Shown here piece by piece: positions 61,128-64,000 of a stretch of DNA of 64,000 bases. This DNA is from Fistulifera solaris. Taxonomy: Eukaryota. Where the stretch lies: NCBI GenBank assembly GCA_030295235.1, contig AP026173.1, forward strand, positions 248,001-312,000. The letters are read 5' to 3'. The position numbers and the translations under genes were made by a program. The first letter of the stretch is position 1. Each line of letters begins with the position of its first letter. The notes beneath the pieces are model-generated. The model had not been told where the DNA came from, searched no databases, and saw only the letters and a program-made list of their open reading frames with translations.

Positions 61128-62253
61128 CATGCGAGGCATGCGTATTGTGTCACGTCGCAGGATGAGTCATCAAGCTACGACAATTCATCCACACTTGTCG
61201 GATGCTCCGATTACCGTCATTGGCGGAGGCATGGCAGGACTGGCGGTCACGTATCATTTGCTTTCGCAAGGACGACCTCCCCATAGCATTCAAGTCTTCG
61301 ACAAAGCCCCCGTCGGACAAGGGGGTGCTTCGGCCGTGGCGGGTGGATTGTTGCATCCCTTGTCTCCCCGCGGTAAACTAGTCTACAAGGGACTGGAAGG
61401 ATTATACGAAACGAATTTATTGTTGCAAACCACTGCGTCAGCGGTCGTGAAAGATCGACTGGTTCGCGTCGCCACGACGGAATCCCAAGCGCGGATGTTG
61501 CAAACGACGGCGCAAACGATCCCTCACATTTGCGAATGGATTGCCGCAGATGAAATGCAACGCATTTGTCCGTCCGAGTACGGTGGATTGATGTTACAGA
61601 ATGGATGTAAAGTCGTCGATGTTCCGGCGTATTTGAAAGGATTGTGGAACGCGTGTGAACAGCTCGCACAAGAAACGAATTGTCAGTTGACTTGGACCGT
61701 CACCGAACATGCCGCAATCGATGAAGATGATATAATTGTTTATACCGCGGGTAGCGGATTGTTCCAGTCGAACTTGTTGAGCGCTTCGACGTTTCCTATG
61801 CAATTGGTGCACGGACAATCGTTGGTGCTTCGCAACAACAATTTCCAGGACGCGTTGTTGTGCGGCAAATACATTTCACCGTTAAACGATCATTCTCGAC
61901 TCTTGGTAGGATCAACTCACGAATTTCGAGACGATCTTTTGTCACCGGAACAAGTGATTCAAGAATTGAAGGAACGGACGAGTGCGGTGGCACCTCACTT
62001 GTGGGAAGACCCTGTCGTCGAGAAGATTACGAAAGGAACGCGCGTGCAGTCCGAACGTGGAACACACGGTCGATTGCCCATTGTCGGGAAGCTTCCGGGA
62101 ACGAAACAGCATTGGGTCTTGACCGGTTTGAGCAGTCGAGGTCTCTTGTATCATGCCTTGTACGGAAAAATGCTCGCGAAGGCCATTTTACAGGGATCGG
62201 AGGACTGTTTGAACGAGTTGGATGATGGTATTTTGTGGTGGAAAAGAAGCTAG
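61128..62253 (+). CDS. FAD-dependent oxidoreductase (DAO/glycine oxidase/MnmC-C-terminal-like)
   Basis: VIGGGMAGLA Rossmann motif; GASAVAGGLLHP; LVGSTHE; LPIVGKL; GLSSRGLLYHAL; start could be 61021. Confidence 0.88.
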
Positions 62254-62533
62254 AACAGTTGAGTCGATGAATGGAAAGAAGGATTTTCGTCCTGAGATGA
62301 GCATTGGAGTGGTCGCGGGACTGGCGAACGCTAGGTCAAGTTTGGGAAGGGGATATCATTACTGTTGTAACGAAGATCACGATCAGCTATTTATTGTGTC
62401 GCGGTCGCGGCAATTGAAACGAAATCCAGTACGAAAGTTCGCATCGTCTTTCTACGGTTCGCTTTGTGAGAACCCGCCTTTCTCGCGAATATTATGTTTC
62501 CTCTTTCACAATTCCACGAAAATATTTGCAACC

Positions 62534-62887
62534 ATGAACGACCAAGAAACTGATCCGAAAATGGGTGAAAACTCATTCCCAGCCTCGCCTTCATCGTCAT
62601 CCTCGTCGTCTTCCTCCTCTTCTTCATCGTCGTCGTCGTCATCCTCTTCTTCATCGGCTTCGGCACAGAAAGAAGCCTCGACCGGTCCCCCGACGCTGGT
62701 CGACGATCAGCAGTATGTCATTTACGAACAGAAGGAAGTAGCTCCGCTCGGCCAGCCGACGATTGTCAAGGGTCAGCAATATTTCACGTACGGACAGAAT
62801 GATGCCAACAACCGTTACGTCTACATTGGAGACGATGAAAGTGGCGAGCCAGAGTTTGTGGATTATGGTCCTCGGATCGAGACTTAG
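62534..62887 (+). CDS. Small unknown protein with poly-Ser tract and YIGxDxSGxPEFVDYGP motif
   Basis: ATG at 62534; C-terminus homologous to the 63413 ORF. Confidence 0.65.
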   Translation: MNDQETDPKMGENSFPASPSSSSSSSSSSSSSSSSSSSSSSASAQKEASTGPPTLVDDQQYVIYEQKEVAPLGQPTIVKGQQYFTYGQNDANNRYVYIGDDESGEPEFVDYGPRIET

Positions 62888-63412
62888 CTTGGACGATTGC
62901 ACTGATAGCAAGAGGGGTGGAGTTCATGTCCTTCGCTTTGCTAATAAGAGATGGTGATAAGTCTGTAGAAATAATATTGTTTATAATGACTTGTGCTCGA
63001 CGTTTTAGATTTTCCAGTAACTGCCAATCAAGTTCTTTGACATTGATATTGGCGTGTTGTTGTTTCGAGGATAATTAGTAAAAACTAGAAACTAGACGTT
63101 CAAGTACATACATAGATTCTTGACAAACTTGAGAGAAGTCGTCGTCATTCGTCATCGTTCTTTGATGTCGCGATCTTTTGTGTATCTTTTTACAGTGCGC
63201 AGATATGTACAAAGTTTCCCTCGTACGATTCTACGTTGTGCAGTACTTAAACTGAAAACGGATCCTGCTCCGTTCCTCGCATCGCGCACTTTCTGCCGAG
63301 AAAAATTTCCCACCACTTTCGTCTCATAAATAATTTCGGCTTGGCGAACTTTTCTCAGTTCTTTCATTGAGCTCGCGTTCGTATTCTTTTTCATCATTGA
63401 CTTTCAAGCACC

Positions 63413-63619
63413 ATGAGCGGCAAAGGATCTTCCGGAAACAACTCTTCGTCCAACACGGGCGGCAACAGCGGTGGCAACTCGTATCCCCAGGTGGTGAGCG
63501 GTCACCAGTATCATCAGTACTCGCAGGGCAACTACGGGTCGGAACGCTATTCCTACATTGGCAAGGACGACAGTGGAACCCCCGAGTTTGTGGACTACGG
63601 TCCCAAGAGCAGTCGTTAG
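63413..63619 (+). CDS. Small unknown 68-aa protein with Gly/Ser/Asn-rich N-terminus and YIGxDxSGxPEFVDYGP motif
   Basis: Shares GxQY..Y.Q...RY.YIG.D.SG.PEFVDYGP with the 62534 ORF. Confidence 0.7.
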   Translation: MSGKGSSGNNSSSNTGGNSGGNSYPQVVSGHQYHQYSQGNYGSERYSYIGKDDSGTPEFVDYGPKSSR

Positions 63620-64000
63620 AGTCTGTTTGAGGAACAAACGAAGGTGATCGATGCTGGATGATGGCGTGTGAGGTAGCATAGAACGACTATTGATGACGGG
63701 ACTGAGCAAACGATCGATGGATGTATGATACCATAAGCTTCTAGACTTTCGCATCGAATCCTAACATAATGCATGCTTTTATTCATTCGTCTTTCTTTAT
63801 ACAATTTACAATATCTTGTCGAAACCCACTCGTGGTTCGCTTTCCGAAATCTGTTGCCGCGCGGATGATATTAACTCGACCGTACCTGGTACACGTCAAT
63901 GTTTACATTTATCCTCGTTCTACGAATGCTACTTAAAGTTTTTTCTGTTAAAGCTTACTATATTGCATGTTTGTTACATCACGCTTCGACGAACCATAAG

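Noticed and set aside
62580..62665. Poly-Ser tract as a silaffin-like biosilica protein
   Set aside because: No signal peptide and no KxxK or Lys-rich repeats.
1..64000. Widespread frameshifts read as pseudogenes or programmed frameshifting
   Set aside because: They affect essential genes (RPL18A, ISWI, SUMO) and often fall in homopolymers; sequencing or assembly indels are the simpler explanation.

Overview
Gene-dense eukaryotic nuclear DNA from a diatom, judged from a silicon transporter, a CoDi-type copia element, short GT-AG introns and organelle-targeting presequences; the species cannot be determined. Many genes, including housekeeping ones such as RPL18a, ISWI and SUMO, are broken by 1-nt indels, often in homopolymers. 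This is most simply uncorrected sequencing error, so gene models below are reconstructed across the breaks. Genes in the first half: TPM-RING membrane protein, PHD protein, 2 AlkB-like paralogs, 2 Cys-rich secreted peptides, PDZ-PPR, 3 tandem SUMOs, 2 unknown paralogs, CDF transporter, HMG-box protein, RPL18a, importin-like protein, TrmA-family methyltransferase and a bZIP. Genes in the second half: a bacterial-type SF1 helicase/nuclease-fold protein, CRAL-TRIO, ISWI, SIT, a ChaN-methyltransferase fusion, a Kazal-V8 protease, an FAD oxidoreductase and two small proteins sharing an unrecognised motif. The most striking feature is a full-length 6.8 kb Ty1/copia retrotransposon. It has identical 88-bp LTRs ending in CG...CG rather than TG...CA, a 4-bp target-site duplication and an unusual primer-binding site. 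A 1.5 kb non-coding TIR element containing palindromic repeats is also present.
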